Shown one piece after another: positions 7,929 to 16,441 of a stretch of 28,915 nucleotides of DNA (the first letter of the stretch is position 1; each line of letters begins with the position of its first letter). Made by a program: the position numbers and the translations under genes. The notes beneath the pieces were generated by a model that worked only from the letters and a program-made list of their open reading frames with translations, searched no databases and was not told the DNA's origin. Origin of the DNA: an uncultured Methanosarcinales archaeon (GTDB lineage Archaea; Nanobdellota; Nanobdellia; Woesearchaeales; JAGVZT01); the NCBI GenBank assembly GCA_964419615.1, contig CAYQPU010000022.1, positions 1 through 28,915 on the forward strand, in the 5' to 3' direction.

Positions 7929-8672
7929 ATGCAAAGAAAACTATCAATTGTTCCATCACCTGGGACAGAGATTTATTTTCCTAAGATAGGAATATTAGGG
8001 GCTGTTAATGCATTACTTTATTTAGACGAGAGTGTTGTAAATGTTGATCATGCAAACAGTGATGCCGTGCTTCTTAAAGCTACCGAAGATAATGGATTTG
8101 CTGAAGATCTTATGGTGTGGGAACATCTGATTTAAGGTTATATTGCTGGATCTGGTGCAGCTGTTCAGTTTAGAGGACAAGTGAAACTTCCAGCAAGGAT
8201 CTATATGACTGGAGAAAATGAAAGGCAACACCCGGTTCTCATGCATGGACCAGGTAATTATTCTGTCACTCTCCGAAATGGAATGGAAGAATTGTTCAGA
8301 TTTAGAGGATGGTGGGATAAACCTAACCAGGATGATTGTTTTGATCACACAGAGCCTAAATTCAACGCATTCAGTGAAGTTCATTATCCTTCTGAAATTA
8401 GAGATGGCATAATTGGGTACAGGTATAAAGGAGATGACAGCCTACTAATTGCAATGTGCGATATAACAAAAGGTCTAAATGTAGATGGTGATCTAATTGA
8501 TTTAGCAGAAGATACACAGCATCTCAGATATAATGGTAAATATTTAATGGATCCAACATGGGCTAGACATGAGATCACTGACATGCATGCGAAAATGACC
8601 ATAGATTTGGGAAAAGTTGTAGCCCAATATGTAATGGATCATCATGAACATAGCATGAGAGTAGTGATTTAA
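7929..8672 (+). pseudogene. Paralog of the 7043 gene interrupted by one in-frame TAA (8133-8135)
   Basis: ORFs 7929-8135 and 8181-8672 share a frame; read-through gives 247 codons, collinear with the 242-aa paralog; GGAGG upstream of 7929. Confidence 0.75.
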
Positions 8673-8676
8673 TTTT

Positions 8677-9087
8677 TTATTTTCTTTTTACTTTTGGCAC
8701 AGCTTCAAGCAATTCCAAGTATTCTTCAATAGATGCAGAATGATATTCTAGTTCTGGTGCAAGAGTACTGGCATTTTCATGAAAACTAATGCTTGCTCCT
8801 GCTGCATGTCCTGTGTGCATAGTATACCCCGGAACATTATGTAGGTGCACCTGTATGACTCCAGAATCTGTCTGATCATAGGAACCACAGTCAAAGCTAA
8901 TTTTTTTTCCAAAAAAGTAATATCCACCACTTGTTAATAATTTTTCTTCTTTAACAGGTCCAACAACATATCCTTTCATGCAATGATATCCGGGTAATTT
9001 TGCCCATTGTAGTCCAGTTAAACCATCAGTCTTTATCTTAACACTAGAATGTGCAATGATTTCCAAAGGGTTGTCTGTGAATGCCAT
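8677..9087 (-). CDS. Hypothetical protein
   Basis: 136-aa ORF with plausible composition filling the gap between convergent genes; no family recognised. Confidence 0.7.
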   Translation of the reverse strand: MAFTDNPLEIIAHSSVKIKTDGLTGLQWAKLPGYHCMKGYVVGPVKEEKLLTSGGYYFFGKKISFDCGSYDQTDSGVIQVHLHNVPGYTMHTGHAAGASISFHENASTLAPELEYHSASIEEYLELLEAVPKVKRK

Positions 9088-9180
9088 ACAAAAAGGGAAT
9101 TCTACGAGTAATTTAAGAATTCCTAGGCTTTTTTACTTGTATTCAGGAGAAAATAGTAAAATATTATTCAGAATAAGCAA

Positions 9181-10608
9181 TCACTCTTCTTCAAATATCT
9201 GTGCTTGAAATGTTTGTATTTTAACATCTTCTCTTTGCCAGCAATTTGGTGGAGAATCTTGTTTTTCACATAGATTTTCTAAGAATCTTTCCTTGTCAGG
9301 CAGTTGCTCCCAAACAGAAGGTAAGAATAATGATGATCTTCCCCTATATTGCATAAAAACTCCATCTATGTTTGGTCGAAGCTTTTCTAGTAACTCTTCT
9401 GGAGAATCAAACTCAAAATCTTTTGGTACTGTTAATACACTTACTTCAATTGTGATATCATCAAGCTCGGGTTCTCTTACAGGCTGGAATCTATCATCAT
9501 CAACAGCCGCATTTATTGCATTTGTTTGCACACACTCATACAAAGGTCTTAATGGTATGCTATCTCCTATGCATCCCCTTAGTGGTTGCTGTTCTTTTTC
9601 TTTTGTTAGGGTTACATAACAACCTTGATTTTCTGATAAGTCCTTGAAGTCTTCTGGATTCAAAGAACTTACAAGACCTGTTTTTATGTATTCCTCGACT
9701 GTGTTTCTAGCTAAAGTTAATAACATTTCTTGTTGATCTTCTTGCACATAGTTTTCTACAAATGCAAATGATGCATATCCAACAACATTACTTTTATCAT
9801 TTGTTACATCACCACTATTGCCTGAGTCTAACAGTTTAGATTTCCATTGCTTTTCTTGTGCAATTTTTAAGATTGTAGCTATTGGAACAATACCACAAGC
9901 TTCACAATAAGCTAAGTTGTCAAGAGATTGTTCTTGTATTGCATTTATACAGATCTGGTCCATTTGCTGTGCTTTATTATCAGAATAATAATGAGATAAA
10001 TCTGAACTTGCTACAATTAAAGTATCTTCATCAACATATGGCAATAATATTTGTGCTAATTCTTCATAACCCATTTCACTTATCAATATAGGGATAATTT
10101 CAAATTCTCCTAATTGATGCTGAAGAAATGGTAGTTCAACTTCTATTGAGTGTTCTTTGATATGAGCTGAGGGATGGGATATTATTGATTCATGCTTTCT
10201 GATTTGTTCTGCTTTAGAACTCACCTTTTTTTGTCCCAATGGAGTTTTATACTGATCTACACCTGCTATTGAAGCACCCTTATAATGTTCATTGTGACTA
10301 GCAGCCAGGATGATTACAGTTCCTATTTTTTGATCAATTAGACTGAATCCTTGTGCTGCGATTTGACCAGAATATCTATAACCTGCATGAGGAACTATCA
10401 AAGCTCTGACTTGACTTGGTGGATCAGTTTGATCAGAGTTGTCCAAGAGACTAGCAATATCCTGAGCCAACTCAGCTTGTGAGCTAGGGTAAAATAATCC
10501 TGCTACTGCTGGTTCTCTTATTACATCTTTAGGAGGTGATGAAATTATAAATAATGCCAAAATAAGTATTAATATTCCAAAAAAAAGTGTTTGTATGAAT
10601 TTTCCCAT
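9181..10608 (-). CDS. amrB: AmmeMemoRadiSam system protein B (MEMO1-like) fused to protein A (AMMECR1-like), with an N-terminal hydrophobic segment
   Basis: MEMO motifs REPAVAGLFYP, PHAGYRYSG, EHSIEVELPFLQ, SSDLSHY; AMMECR1 motifs GCYVTL, LRGCIG, EVSVLT, FLPSVWEQL; probable start ATG 10608 (MGKFIQTLFFGILILILALFII) rather than 10689. Confidence 0.9.
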   Translation of the reverse strand: MGKFIQTLFFGILILILALFIISSPPKDVIREPAVAGLFYPSSQAELAQDIASLLDNSDQTDPPSQVRALIVPHAGYRYSGQIAAQGFSLIDQKIGTVIILAASHNEHYKGASIAGVDQYKTPLGQKKVSSKAEQIRKHESIISHPSAHIKEHSIEVELPFLQHQLGEFEIIPILISEMGYEELAQILLPYVDEDTLIVASSDLSHYYSDNKAQQMDQICINAIQEQSLDNLAYCEACGIVPIATILKIAQEKQWKSKLLDSGNSGDVTNDKSNVVGYASFAFVENYVQEDQQEMLLTLARNTVEEYIKTGLVSSLNPEDFKDLSENQGCYVTLTKEKEQQPLRGCIGDSIPLRPLYECVQTNAINAAVDDDRFQPVREPELDDITIEVSVLTVPKDFEFDSPEELLEKLRPNIDGVFMQYRGRSSLFLPSVWEQLPDKERFLENLCEKQDSPPNCWQREDVKIQTFQAQIFEEE

Positions 10609-10698
10609 TTTTTTTGTAATATATGAGTTGTATTTAACTTTTTTGATTCTTTTTAAACAAAAAATTATAAACAAAACTATCTTTACCATTATTTGGAT

Positions 10699-11304
10699 AT
10701 GTCAAAGGTATTAGATATTGATAGGATATGGAATGATTGGCTGCAAAATGAATTGGCTAATCATAATTCTAAGAAGGTTAGTGTTTTTTCTAAGTCAAGT
10801 AAATCTAATTTTGAGCAAGATAAACTAGGTATGATTGTTGATAGTCTTGCAGATGTTGCAGGAGCGAAGGTAGAGCATAGTTCTTTTAGAAAACCTACTG
10901 ATTTGGAAAATCTTGTTTTGGATCCTGAAATGGCTGAGATTACTGAGGCTATTGAAAGGTATGCTAAAGACCAAGTTCAGTATTATGAAGAAGAGGAAAA
11001 AAAGAAAACAGTTGTTTATTATTATGTTGATCACAAGCCTGATGAGAAGAAAGCTGATTATTACATATTCACACCTGATTGGGTGACTATTATTCGAGCA
11101 CCAAAGGAAGAATTAGGAGATGGTGTTTTGGGGGTAGCTTATCTTGGTATGAATGTTATTAAGATTTTGGATACTTTGTATGGTGATGATTTAGTTGAAG
11201 TAAAAAAGCATGAGTTACTTCATTTACAACATCCATATCAATCTGAATCCTGGATAAGACAAAGAACTAAGATGGAATTGGGTTTTCAGACTAAGTATCA
11301 GTAG
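10699..11304 (+). CDS. Hypothetical protein with a C-terminal HExxH zinc-metallopeptidase-like motif
   Basis: GVLGVAYLG...EVKKHELLH; probable start ATG 10699. Confidence 0.65.
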   Translation: MSKVLDIDRIWNDWLQNELANHNSKKVSVFSKSSKSNFEQDKLGMIVDSLADVAGAKVEHSSFRKPTDLENLVLDPEMAEITEAIERYAKDQVQYYEEEEKKKTVVYYYVDHKPDEKKADYYIFTPDWVTIIRAPKEELGDGVLGVAYLGMNVIKILDTLYGDDLVEVKKHELLHLQHPYQSESWIRQRTKMELGFQTKYQ

Positions 11305-12340
11305 GAATGTATAAAATTGCATCATAATATATATCCTTTCCTTCTTCATCCATATAACCATTTTGAGATATTGTTATTCCTCCTCCAGTTTTAGGTGGAT
11401 TAAATGTTGTGTGCCAAGATTTTAATCCATCATTAAATAAAATATCAAAACGGTAGATTGTACCATTTTCTTGAAAAATTTGACCACCACCATCAATACA
11501 ATACAAAGTTATGTTTTCTCTTCTACCATTACCATCTTCTACAAATATTTCTACAAAAGCCTTTTTCCTATGAAGGTTGTTGGGGCATGCCGCCCCACCT
11601 TCATTTGTTTTATTTGAAAACCAATAATCCCCCACTTCTGTTTCATAATCGTCAGCTAGAATTCTAATTCCAATTCCAGTAAATCTGCAATCCTTGTTAC
11701 AATTTTTTTCCTTCCTTATAGGGTTATAATAAAAAGGTCTTGCCTTTATAGGGATTGCTTCATATCCCAGACGGTCAATTCTGGTGATTTCCGGAACTGA
11801 TGAAGATTCTTCTTCGATAACTTCTGTTGACACATGAGTAGGCTGAGTGGTTGGTTGTGCTTGCTGTAAATCGCTATCACTTCCTCCTCCTATTGCACCC
11901 CCTACATTATCTCCTAATATACTATCAATTGATTTTCCTATCTGATGAGCATAATATTCAACTGTGACACAAAATGTATCTCCTACTACGACCTCTGTAA
12001 CTTCATTTGGGCTCCAACCATTGTAACTAGCAACTTCGTACATAACATTTCCAGAAAAACCAAATCCTTCTGTAACAAGATTCCAAAAGGTCTGCCCATC
12101 AGATATTGTTCTGCATTCCAATGAATCTTCTGTTCCAGTGGCTTCTGTTGCTTCTTGTACTGTTTCTGCATCACCATTTGGGGGACTCAAAGCTGCTTGA
12201 GTTTGTGTTGCTTGCATTGCTAATCGATCAGGTGTGGTGGTTTCTGCTGCACACGCTAATCCAACACTAAGAACTAAAGTTGTAATACCTAATATTGGAA
12301 AAAATATTGAAGAATAAATTTGCTGGTTTTGGTTCTGCAT
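11291..12340 (-). CDS. Exported/lipoprotein-like protein: LysM-like domain plus 3D (MltA-like, double-psi beta-barrel) domain
   Basis: Hydrophobic N-terminus ending GLAC; T/Q/E-rich linkers; LysM-like CRTISDGQTFWNL...EVASYNG...VVVGDTFCV; 3D-like YYNP...NCNKDCRFTGIG...AACP...CIDGGGQI...RFDILF. Confidence 0.65.
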   Translation of the reverse strand: MQNQNQQIYSSIFFPILGITTLVLSVGLACAAETTTPDRLAMQATQTQAALSPPNGDAETVQEATEATGTEDSLECRTISDGQTFWNLVTEGFGFSGNVMYEVASYNGWSPNEVTEVVVGDTFCVTVEYYAHQIGKSIDSILGDNVGGAIGGGSDSDLQQAQPTTQPTHVSTEVIEEESSSVPEITRIDRLGYEAIPIKARPFYYNPIRKEKNCNKDCRFTGIGIRILADDYETEVGDYWFSNKTNEGGAACPNNLHRKKAFVEIFVEDGNGRRENITLYCIDGGGQIFQENGTIYRFDILFNDGLKSWHTTFNPPKTGGGITISQNGYMDEEGKDIYYDAILYIPTDT

Positions 12341-12402
12341 ATATATAGGAAAATTATTGAATATATAAAATTTGTTGAATTTTACTACTTAAAAATGGAA
12401 AA

Positions 12403-13002
12403 TTACTGGTCTCGCCAAACTTCCCAGAATCTTTCTGCAACACACAACTCTTGACCTTCATACACAGTATTGTTAGGTAAACCATTTTGCTTTCTTACTT
12501 CACTATAAACAGCTGGAACGGGCTCCATTCTAAGTCCTCTATAAATGGAGTCAAACATATTACCACATCCTTTGGGTCCAACTTTTGTGCACATCATATC
12601 AGTTCCATTTCTATTTATTTCATATGGTTTTCTGAACTGGTGAACTGGAGAACATGAGGGAATTGTTTCAAGATTCACAATAACTCCGTCAATCACACCT
12701 TGCCCTGAACTAACAGAATAAGCATTGGTCCCATCACCTCCTTGAAAAAACCAAGAATCCTTTGCTGTATCTCCTGACAATAATGGAGCTTCACCCACAA
12801 TTTCCTCAGCAGGAATTGGTGTTGGAGCCATGTATTCCAACAGTTCTTGAGGTGTTTGAGGAAAGTCAGGATTTTCCTCTAATATACTTGCTGGAGTATC
12901 TGTTTTAAATGGAAGATTACATGAAGCAAGTGAAACAGCAGTGGCAAAAAGTGTAACATAAACAACAGCTTTTCCAAAAGAATTCGTTTGATACATGATC
13001 AT
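12403..13002 (-). CDS. Lipoprotein-like protein with a C-terminal LysM-like domain
   Basis: Signal peptide with lipobox-like LASC|NLP, P/T-rich linker, C-terminal YSEVRKQNGLPNNTVYEGQELCV. Confidence 0.65.
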   Translation of the reverse strand: MIMYQTNSFGKAVVYVTLFATAVSLASCNLPFKTDTPASILEENPDFPQTPQELLEYMAPTPIPAEEIVGEAPLLSGDTAKDSWFFQGGDGTNAYSVSSGQGVIDGVIVNLETIPSCSPVHQFRKPYEINRNGTDMMCTKVGPKGCGNMFDSIYRGLRMEPVPAVYSEVRKQNGLPNNTVYEGQELCVAERFWEVWRDQ

Positions 13003-13069
13003 GGGAAAGATTATTAATATATAAATATTTCTTAATTTACTTACTTAAAGGTAGTCCAAATTACATAAA

Positions 13070-13624
13070 TTACCTATCTACAAAGAAACTGTGTTTTTCT
13101 TGTCCTGTTAATTCTAACAAGATTCTTTTGGTAACTATTTTTTTTGGTTCAGGCATTAGTTTAACTCTTTTCTTAATATCAGCAAAGCTAGTGAAAGGTT
13201 CTTTTCGTTCTTCAATTATTTCCCACATTCTTTTTTTACCTAGGCCAGGTAGAACTTCTAATGAATGCATTCTTGTTGATAATGGACGGGCTTTGTTAAA
13301 AAATTCTACAAACCTTTCCTCATTATGTTTTACAAATTCCTCGACCACGAACTTTAATTCTGCCTTTGCAGTTCGAGTAAGTTTATCAAATGGTAGTCTT
13401 CCTACTATGTGAAGGATTTTGTCTCGTTTTCCTTCTCCAAAATAAACCTCTTCATGAGGTTGTAGTTGGATTCCTTTTTTTGGTACCAATTCCAAGAGAG
13501 TAAATCTGTTTTTACCAATTACCTGTACAATTGGTGTTTTGATATGGCTTGGTCTATTATCAAAAGGATACCCGTTTGGTAGAAAATCTAAAACTACCCC
13601 TAACTCTTCTTTCCCCCTATCCAT
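13070..13624 (-). CDS. DUF655 family putative nucleic-acid-binding protein
   Basis: VVLDFLPNG...FTLLELVPK...STRMHSLEVLPGLGKK...FTSFADIKKRV; lies directly downstream of rpo4 and rpl21e as in many archaea. Confidence 0.92.
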   Translation of the reverse strand: MDRGKEELGVVLDFLPNGYPFDNRPSHIKTPIVQVIGKNRFTLLELVPKKGIQLQPHEEVYFGEGKRDKILHIVGRLPFDKLTRTAKAELKFVVEEFVKHNEERFVEFFNKARPLSTRMHSLEVLPGLGKKRMWEIIEERKEPFTSFADIKKRVKLMPEPKKIVTKRILLELTGQEKHSFFVDR

Positions 13625-13700
13625 ATATACATATTATATTCTTGATTTTATAAATGTTTCTAAATACAGTTACTTTGTAATAAATTAAATGAAAAATAGC

Positions 13701-14048
13701 TTATTTTGCATACTCTTTTACTACATCAACAATTCTTTTCATGTTTTTTTGATTAACTGTTAATGCATACCCTTGTAATATGACTTTTAACTGGTCAACT
13801 GTTGCTGGAAGCATGTCAATAATTTTCTTGATGTGCATATCTTTGAGTCGAGGAATTTCCAGTTTTCCAAGTTTCTTTTCAAGCTCATCATATTCCTTTT
13901 TTTTAAGCTTAACAAATTCATTTAGATAGTCTTCCATTTTTGCTGCTCTAAATCCCAGCTCTTTATCTCTTTTTTTAATTTTTGTAATTTCGCTCTTAAG
14001 CTCAAATAAAGAAATTGGTTCTTCAGATATTATTTTTGGATCTCCCAT
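13701..14048 (-). CDS. rpo4: DNA-directed RNA polymerase subunit F (Rpo4)
   Basis: IISEEPISLFE...KKIIDMLPAT.DQLKVIL...IVDVVKEY; position between rpl21e and DUF655. Confidence 0.9.
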   Translation of the reverse strand: MGDPKIISEEPISLFELKSEITKIKKRDKELGFRAAKMEDYLNEFVKLKKKEYDELEKKLGKLEIPRLKDMHIKKIIDMLPATVDQLKVILQGYALTVNQKNMKRIVDVVKEYAK

Positions 14049-14055
14049 TTTGTTG

Positions 14056-14340
14056 TTATCCTCTTAGATGAACTGGATGAATTGTTAAGGATTTTCTTTT
14101 GCCAGAATCATTGATTTCAACTTCGTAGCATTCTCCTTTTTTTGATTTTACAACGCCTGCCTGTCCTTGAAACCTCGGATTAAAAACACCTTTGCTAACT
14201 GCTGGTTCTAAAACTAAAGTTACTCTATCTCCAACTTTAAATTTTCTTAATAGTCGGGTTATGGTAACTTTACCTTTTTCCCTCAAAGGTTTAGTTAGTT
14301 TATGCCTGGTTTTTCTCCGAAATCCACCCATTCGTGCCAT
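14056..14340 (-). CDS. rpl21e: 50S ribosomal protein L21e
   Basis: GFRRKTRHKLTK...FKVGDRV...NPRFQGQAGVV...IHPVHLR. Confidence 0.97.
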   Translation of the reverse strand: MARMGGFRRKTRHKLTKPLREKGKVTITRLLRKFKVGDRVTLVLEPAVSKGVFNPRFQGQAGVVKSKKGECYEVEINDSGKRKSLTIHPVHLRG

Positions 14341-14362
14341 GACAGGAAGTAAACTGAGGGCA

Positions 14363-14370
14363 TTTAAATA
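14363..14370. promoter_or_regulatory. TATA box, possibly bidirectional (rpl21e and the structured RNA)
   Basis: TTTAAATA lies ~23 nt from the rpl21e ATG on one side and ~23 nt from the start of the structured element on the other. Confidence 0.55.
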
Positions 14371-14392
14371 ACTTATGGTATTGAATTTACTG

Positions 14393-14572
14393 TGTGCAGG
14401 GTAAAGATAATCTCCTGCTTGGCCTCATTGTAGTGAGTGTGACTTAAATCATCCGTAGATTTAGTAAGGAACAGTCTGTAATTTACGATGAGAGTTAGTG
14501 AAAAAATCAATCAGTCAATTAACAAACTGGTGAGCGAACTGGCCCCGCGGAGATAATCTTTCTAGATGCACA
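14393..14572 (+). ncRNA. Unassigned ~180-nt structured RNA candidate (strand tentative)
   Basis: Long interrupted terminal helix (14393-98/14567-72, 14403-15/14549-61, 14421-24/14541-44) enclosing three hairpins, two with G-U pairs on the + strand; GC-richer than its flanks; no ORF. Confidence 0.55.
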
Positions 14573-14605
14573 AGATTTAAATACCTGTTTTTCTTGAATA
14601 ATGTT

Positions 14606-14857
14606 ATGAAATGTTTTGTGGCTTTGAGGATGTGGCCTTTTATTGTGTTGACTGTAATTCTTACATTAGCATCAATCTACCTTGTTTATTTGTCTTACCA
14701 TAAACATAAAACAACTGTTTTACTAAGTGGATTATTGATTGTGTTAAATGTGTGTGGAGCAATCTTTTTCCCATGTTGGATTTTATTCCTTGCCATTATT
14801 GAGATATTTCTTGTTTTGTATTTATACAAAGAGAAAATGAAGATTTTTGTTGTTTAG
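14606..14857 (+). CDS. Small multi-pass membrane protein
   Basis: 83 aa, about three hydrophobic segments; TTTAAATA ~23 nt upstream of ATG 14606. Confidence 0.7.
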   Translation: MKCFVALRMWPFIVLTVILTLASIYLVYLSYHKHKTTVLLSGLLIVLNVCGAIFFPCWILFLAIIEIFLVLYLYKEKMKIFVV

Positions 14858-15355
14858 TTAGACTTCTAATTCTTTTAGCTTTTTTTTAAGGTGATCAATA
14901 GTTTTAGAATTATTTTGCTGTCTTAAGAGGCTACCACATTCTGGACATCTGAATTCAAAGTCAGTTGCTTGATCAAAGTTTAATCTTGCACAAAAACTAG
15001 GACAGATGAAAAATGAGTTATGATTTCTTACTTCTTTTAACAGCCTTTCCTTGATTTTATTGACTTTTTCCTTATGCATATGGCTTATCACATCTCTGAC
15101 TCTGTTTCTGTTAAAAGTCCAGTAGCTAATGTACCAGCCTTTTTGTCTGTCTTTTTTTCTTAGGTATGTGACTAAATGATATCCATGAAGCCTGTAGAGC
15201 ATATTTCTTGTCTGGTTTACTTCCAGGTCAACTTTCTCTGCAATTTTGAATTCAGAAATATTTTTTCTATCCTTGAGGTATTTAACTAAAGGAACAACAT
15301 CAGGGCCCACTAACTCACCCACTGTGTCGAGTATTACTTTGTTAGTGAGTTTCAT
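14858..15355 (-). CDS. tfe: Transcription factor E (TFE alpha)
   Basis: Winged helix SEFKIAE...RNMLYRL...KKDRQKGWYISYW plus Zn ribbon FICP...C...FRCPECGSLL. Confidence 0.95.
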   Translation of the reverse strand: MKLTNKVILDTVGELVGPDVVPLVKYLKDRKNISEFKIAEKVDLEVNQTRNMLYRLHGYHLVTYLRKKDRQKGWYISYWTFNRNRVRDVISHMHKEKVNKIKERLLKEVRNHNSFFICPSFCARLNFDQATDFEFRCPECGSLLRQQNNSKTIDHLKKKLKELEV

Positions 15356-15450
15356 ATACTAATAATTAATCTTGACCTATATAAATGTTTCGGTTTTTTA
15401 ACTACCTTACAGTAACAAACATGATGGCAGAGAGACATAATGTGAGAAAA

Positions 15451-16416
15451 TCATTGAGACAAGCTTTTCAAATAGTCATATAGTTTTTGCTTTACCCCTT
15501 TTTTTATGTGAGATTTCCAGTTGACTTCTTCAATTTGCTCGTCTATATTAATTTTTTGGTATGCTGTCAGAGAGCCTTTAAATTCTCTTCCTGCTTGTTT
15601 AGCCTTTTGCTCGATTATTTGAGCTTGTTTACTATTAAACTTTTTAATTGCAGGGAATTTGGTTATACAATTAGCCCCAGCCTTTAATAGGAGATCAACT
15701 TCACCAACTCTGTCTGTCCATATTCCAGAATTAATCTTTAATGTTGGAAAATGTATCCTAATATATGAAATCCATGCGCAATAATATTCTGTTTTTGGTC
15801 CTTTTTTGTCAGTGTAAGCGTGAGGATTTAAAGCGTAAATGTTTATTCTGCTTAGTTTATGTTTTTTAATAAAATCTCGTAATTTGGACATGTCTTTTTC
15901 TGTTTCGCCAAGGCCGATTATTATTGTGATGGACCTATCTAGCCCCAATTCTTCACAGTTCTTTAGCATTTTTTCCATTTGAACCATACTCTTGGAAGGA
16001 CACACTTTTTTTTGTATTTCGGGATTAATGCACTCAATAGACGCATTAACACCTCGAACATGAGGTTTGAGTTGTTTTAATTTGTCCATTGACAAGGTAC
16101 CAATGTTAATCCAGATATCATCTTTATAGATTTCAGATGATAGTTTTAAAATTTCAATTAATTTCTCGATTGTAATTGCATCTTGCCCTGATGTAAAAAA
16201 ATCTATTTTCCAACCCTGAGATTTGCATATGATTATTTCAGCTAAGATTGATTCAACTGATCTTAGTGCTTTTTTTGTGATATTCTTCTTTGACATGTAG
16301 CAGAATTCACAATCTGCATATGAGCAGTACCAACCTAAGAAGATTGCACGTTCAAACCAGGTAACAGCTTTAAAGTTCTCAGAATAAACCTTGCCTGCCT
16401 GCTCTATTTGATTCAT
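15451..16416 (-). CDS. Radical SAM protein, biotin-synthase-like archaeal family of unknown function
   Basis: RAIFLGWYCSYADCEFCYMS (CX4CX2C), SIECINPE, ITIIIGLGET, YALNP. Confidence 0.85.
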   Translation of the reverse strand: MNQIEQAGKVYSENFKAVTWFERAIFLGWYCSYADCEFCYMSKKNITKKALRSVESILAEIIICKSQGWKIDFFTSGQDAITIEKLIEILKLSSEIYKDDIWINIGTLSMDKLKQLKPHVRGVNASIECINPEIQKKVCPSKSMVQMEKMLKNCEELGLDRSITIIIGLGETEKDMSKLRDFIKKHKLSRINIYALNPHAYTDKKGPKTEYYCAWISYIRIHFPTLKINSGIWTDRVGEVDLLLKAGANCITKFPAIKKFNSKQAQIIEQKAKQAGREFKGSLTAYQKINIDEQIEEVNWKSHIKKGVKQKLYDYLKSLSQ

Positions 16417-16441
16417 AGATCAAAGCTAATTTTTCACTGTA

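Noticed and set aside
8133-8135. Alternative genetic code or stop-codon reassignment
   Set aside because: TAA, TAG and TGA all terminate conserved genes at expected lengths in this window
10609-10689. Extended N-terminus of the AmmeMemo fusion from the ORF track
   Set aside because: A/T-rich promoter-like sequence shared with the divergent gene; ATG 10608 gives a clean signal/anchor start
14393-14572. Assignment as RNase P RNA or SRP RNA
   Set aside because: No GAGGAAAGUCC/P4 pairing or CR-V; no GNRA-capped SRP helix-8 motif; shorter than archaeal 7S RNA
15451-16416. Radical SAM as the AmrS partner of the AmmeMemo fusion
   Set aside because: Motif context is biotin-synthase-like with CX4CX2C, not the PFL-activase-like AmrS pattern, and it lies ~5 kb away
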